Assembly (NCBI GenBank): GCA_026770705.1
Contig: JANJGN010000049.1
Location: 620,001-684,000, forward strand
DNA: 64,000 nt
Direction of reading: 5' to 3'
Source: Isurus oxyrinchus
Lineage: Eukaryota
Of the stretch, positions 61,055 to 64,000 are shown one piece after another. Within the stretch, counting starts at the first letter, position 1, and each line of letters opens with the position of its first letter. The position numbers and the translations under genes are program-made. Below the pieces are notes generated by a model that saw only the letters and a list, made by a program, of their open reading frames with translations, was not told where the DNA came from and did no database searches.

Positions 61055-61960
61055 CAGACACTGCCACTGTTATTACTGTACCATAGCATGTCTATGTTTA
61101 TATCACAGCAGACCTTCACTCAGTTATTACTAGTTTTGATTCTTCCACAGATCTTAGCATCTCTGACAACGCCTACGTGCATTACCCATACCTAATTGCC
61201 CTGGAGAATATTTTGGTGAGATATCTTGGAACGCTGCAGTCTGTGTGGCGCAAATACAACAACAGTGCTGGTGGGAATAGAGTTTAAGGATTTTAGTTCA
61301 GGAACAACGAAAGAAAGCAAAAACAACTCCAAGTCAGGATACTGTGTTTGACTTTGAGCGGCACTTGCAGGTGTAGGTTCTGCCATTCATCTGCTGTGCT
61401 GTCCTATGTAACAGAGCACTCAGGTTCTGAAGACGTTGTTGAGGGATTTAGCAGAATGAGATGAGGGGCTTCCGTCATGCGGAAAAGTGAGAGAAACTTT
61501 CTCCTAGAGCAAAGAAAGTTATGAGATGTTTGGGAAAAAATGTTCAGGTTTCTGAAGAGCTTTTATAGGACGTAACCTGACCATGCCTCCGTCCGTAATA
61601 TACTGGGCTCAGTTTCGGATAGTGCAATAAACTCTATGCCCATCCATACTTTACATAATGCCCTGTTTCAAATATCACAAAAGTATGTGTCGTTTATGTT
61701 TCACTCCTCCACGTCCCTATTTACAACGCACTAGACTCTTTATCAGTTATTACTACACTATATAATGCCTCCTTTTATATTGCAAGACCATCTCCGTGTT
61801 TATATTATACGAGGCCTATTATTCGTGCACCAGCCTGCTCATAGTCCACGAAGCCATATCGCTGTTTATATTAAATAAGGCATTTTTTCTGTTACGAAGG
61901 CACTGGACATTCTGTTTATATTAAACTATGGCCATTCTCAGTTATTGTGGTACTGTAATA
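61055..61960 (+). repeat. Second block of the degenerate 27-bp repeat, interrupted by L2 and CR1 fragments
   Basis: gacactgccactgttattactgta, cttcactcagttattactag, actagactctttatcagttattactacacta, ggccattctcagttattg. Confidence 0.6.
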
Positions 61961-62601
61961 ATTGTGTGTCAGATCAATAGACAGATGGATGAAGGAGACA
62001 TATGTCTCATATTGTATAAATATATATATTTGTCTGTGTTGGTGGTGAATTTTTATATGGGAAAATACGTTAAGCCTTGGTCACAGCCATCAGAAGCTGT
62101 GTGCAATGTCCAATTGCTCTTATATTAACTGGATAATATTTATGTTGAAAGGATGGTTCACGACTTGTAACAATCTCTGAAAGTTGAACTGGATTGGGGG
62201 GCAGAAGGGAAGGTGAGCCAGTGGCGGTGCAATTCATGCTGAATAGTGGAAATCTTTGTTGTGGCTATTGTACAAAGTGTTTTATAGTTATGGAATGTTT
62301 TCCCTGCAGAATTTTACATTCTCGCTTTCTGTGGCTACTGGTTGTGTGATCAACCCTGAACATATGTATATGCGTCTAATTGTATCTGTCATTTATGCTT
62401 ATACAAAACACATCATTCCTGTTGTTTGCAAGCTATATCAACAAAGGTGAATCTGCTTCACCAGTTACTTTTCTTACAATATTTAATTCCCTTTTATTAA
62501 AAATGCGTTGAAGTGTATTAGTGCAAGTTTGTTTCTTGATTCATTTATGTCAACAACTATACGAAGGTCGGCATTTTCACAATAGGAGCAATGGCAGTCA
62601 T

Positions 62602-62620
62602 TGGCCACTAGATGACAGTG
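62602..62620 (+). promoter_or_regulatory. Candidate CTCF site
   Basis: TGGCCACTAGATGACAGTG; one mismatch to the CCASYAGRKGGCRS core. Confidence 0.4.
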
Positions 62621-62949
62621 CAAGACGGTTTGCCTAAATTGCACAAAGCCGGCGCTGCCTCAGGCACGAGAAGGTGTCATGGTTTGTATTACATCAGACA
62701 CTGCCTAAGGTTTTACTCATTTGGTATTGCCTGATTTGGAATAGTTGTTAAGTCCAGCATTTATTATCCATTCCTGATTGCCCTTGAGAAATGGTGATAC
62801 GCCACCTTCTTGAAAGGAACAAGGGTTTTAACATCTTTGAAACTGAATAAATTCCAAGGCCCGGTCAAGATGTATCCTAGCTTGTTAAGGTAAACAAAAG
62901 AAGAAATCGTCATCATTTTTTAATTCTTTGCAATCTTAGACACTGTGCG

Positions 62950-64000
62950 ATAGGGCTAGAGTGCAGCCAACGTTGTACTCTTGTTCAAAATGGAGATAAG
63001 TATAGACTGAGTAATTACAGGACAGTGAACATAATCTTGGTGCCGAGAGTTGCATCTACTTTTAGAATAACAGTGATTAAGCAAAGCTGGACAGCACGAC
63101 TTTGTTAAAAGCAGGGCGTGTCTGACTAACATGGTTACATTTTTTGAAGAGTTAATAGGGATTGTGGATGGGTATCGTGCATTCAATGTAGTCTACGTGG
63201 ATTTTAGCATGATCAGGTACTACATGGCAGACTGGTCACGAAAATTAAAGCCAATGTGATCCAAGGCAAAGTGGCAAGCTAAATCCAAAATGGTTCAAAG
63301 CCAGGAAGCAAAGGGAAATGGACACTGGCGTTTCCGTAAAAGGAAATGGTATTCTCCAGGCCTTAGTAATAGGACACTTGCCTTTTGTTGCATATATCAA
63401 GTACTTGCATATGACTGAAAGCAGTCTGATTCAGAAGTTTTGAGACGATGCACAAATTCGCTGTGTGATTCAGAATGAAGCAGAAAGCTGTAGACTGCAG
63501 GAAACCGACTAGTCAGGTGGACATACGAATAAAGATAATTGTGAGGTAGTACATTTGAAGAAGGCTAAACGGTAAGAGAATAAACAGCAAATGATATGAC
63601 ACTGAGAAGTATAGTGGGACTAAAGAATGGAGAGATTCCTGAATGTGCCTGGTAAGGTAGATAAGGTTATCAAGAATGCAAATGGGATTCTTGTTTCATT
63701 ATCTGAGGCATAGAACATAAAAGTTGAGACCTTATTCTGGAGCCGTGTGAAATGCTCGTTAGGCCAGAGTTGGAGTATTGCGTACAGTTCTGGTCCACAG
63801 ACTATTGGAAAGATATGAATGGGCTCGAGAAGTTACAGAGGAGATTTACGATGGCGTTGCCTCAACTGCGGGAGATTAGCTACTGGGGAGGATAGGATAG
63901 GCTCAGTTTGTTTACCTCTGAACAAAGGAGGCTGAGGGAAGACCTGACTGAAATATATAAATTATGAAGGATCTAGAGAGTCTGGATAGAGAAACAAATT
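62950..64000 (+). mobile_element. Decayed CR1 LINE (RT region), running off the window end
   Basis: Remnants of the CR1 RT motifs; gttaggccagagttggagtattgcgtacagttctggtc and aaggaggctgagggaagacctgactgaaatatataa. Confidence 0.8.

Overview
Vertebrate genomic DNA, almost certainly from a cartilaginous fish (shark), judged by the Ig cluster organisation, the C-domain sequences and the repeat families. There are five short N-gaps. Three zones: (1) 1-14.6 kb is repeat-rich (Tx1/L1, CR1, L2, Penelope-derived, SINE) and holds one KRAB-less C2H2 zinc-finger gene (+, CDS 9307-10008). (2) 14.6-34.2 kb is a patchwork of duplicated blocks in both orientations with 12 tRNA-derived sequences, none fully canonical, plus a 65-bp minisatellite, a Penelope GIY-YIG remnant and a degenerate 27-bp repeat. 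(3) 36.4-56.3 kb is a complete, unrearranged shark-type IgH cluster on the minus strand: leader, V, D1, D2, J, Cmu1-4, secretory tailpiece, TM1, TM2. Two things stand out in this locus. Cmu3 alone carries two lesions, a CG in place of the AG splice acceptor (43807-43808) and an in-frame TAA (43733-43735), while every other exon is open with canonical GT/AG sites, so the locus is either a young pseudogene or makes an in-frame Cmu3-less IgM. The V segment looks IgW-type rather than typical IgM-type, a judgement from recollection that needs a phylogeny.
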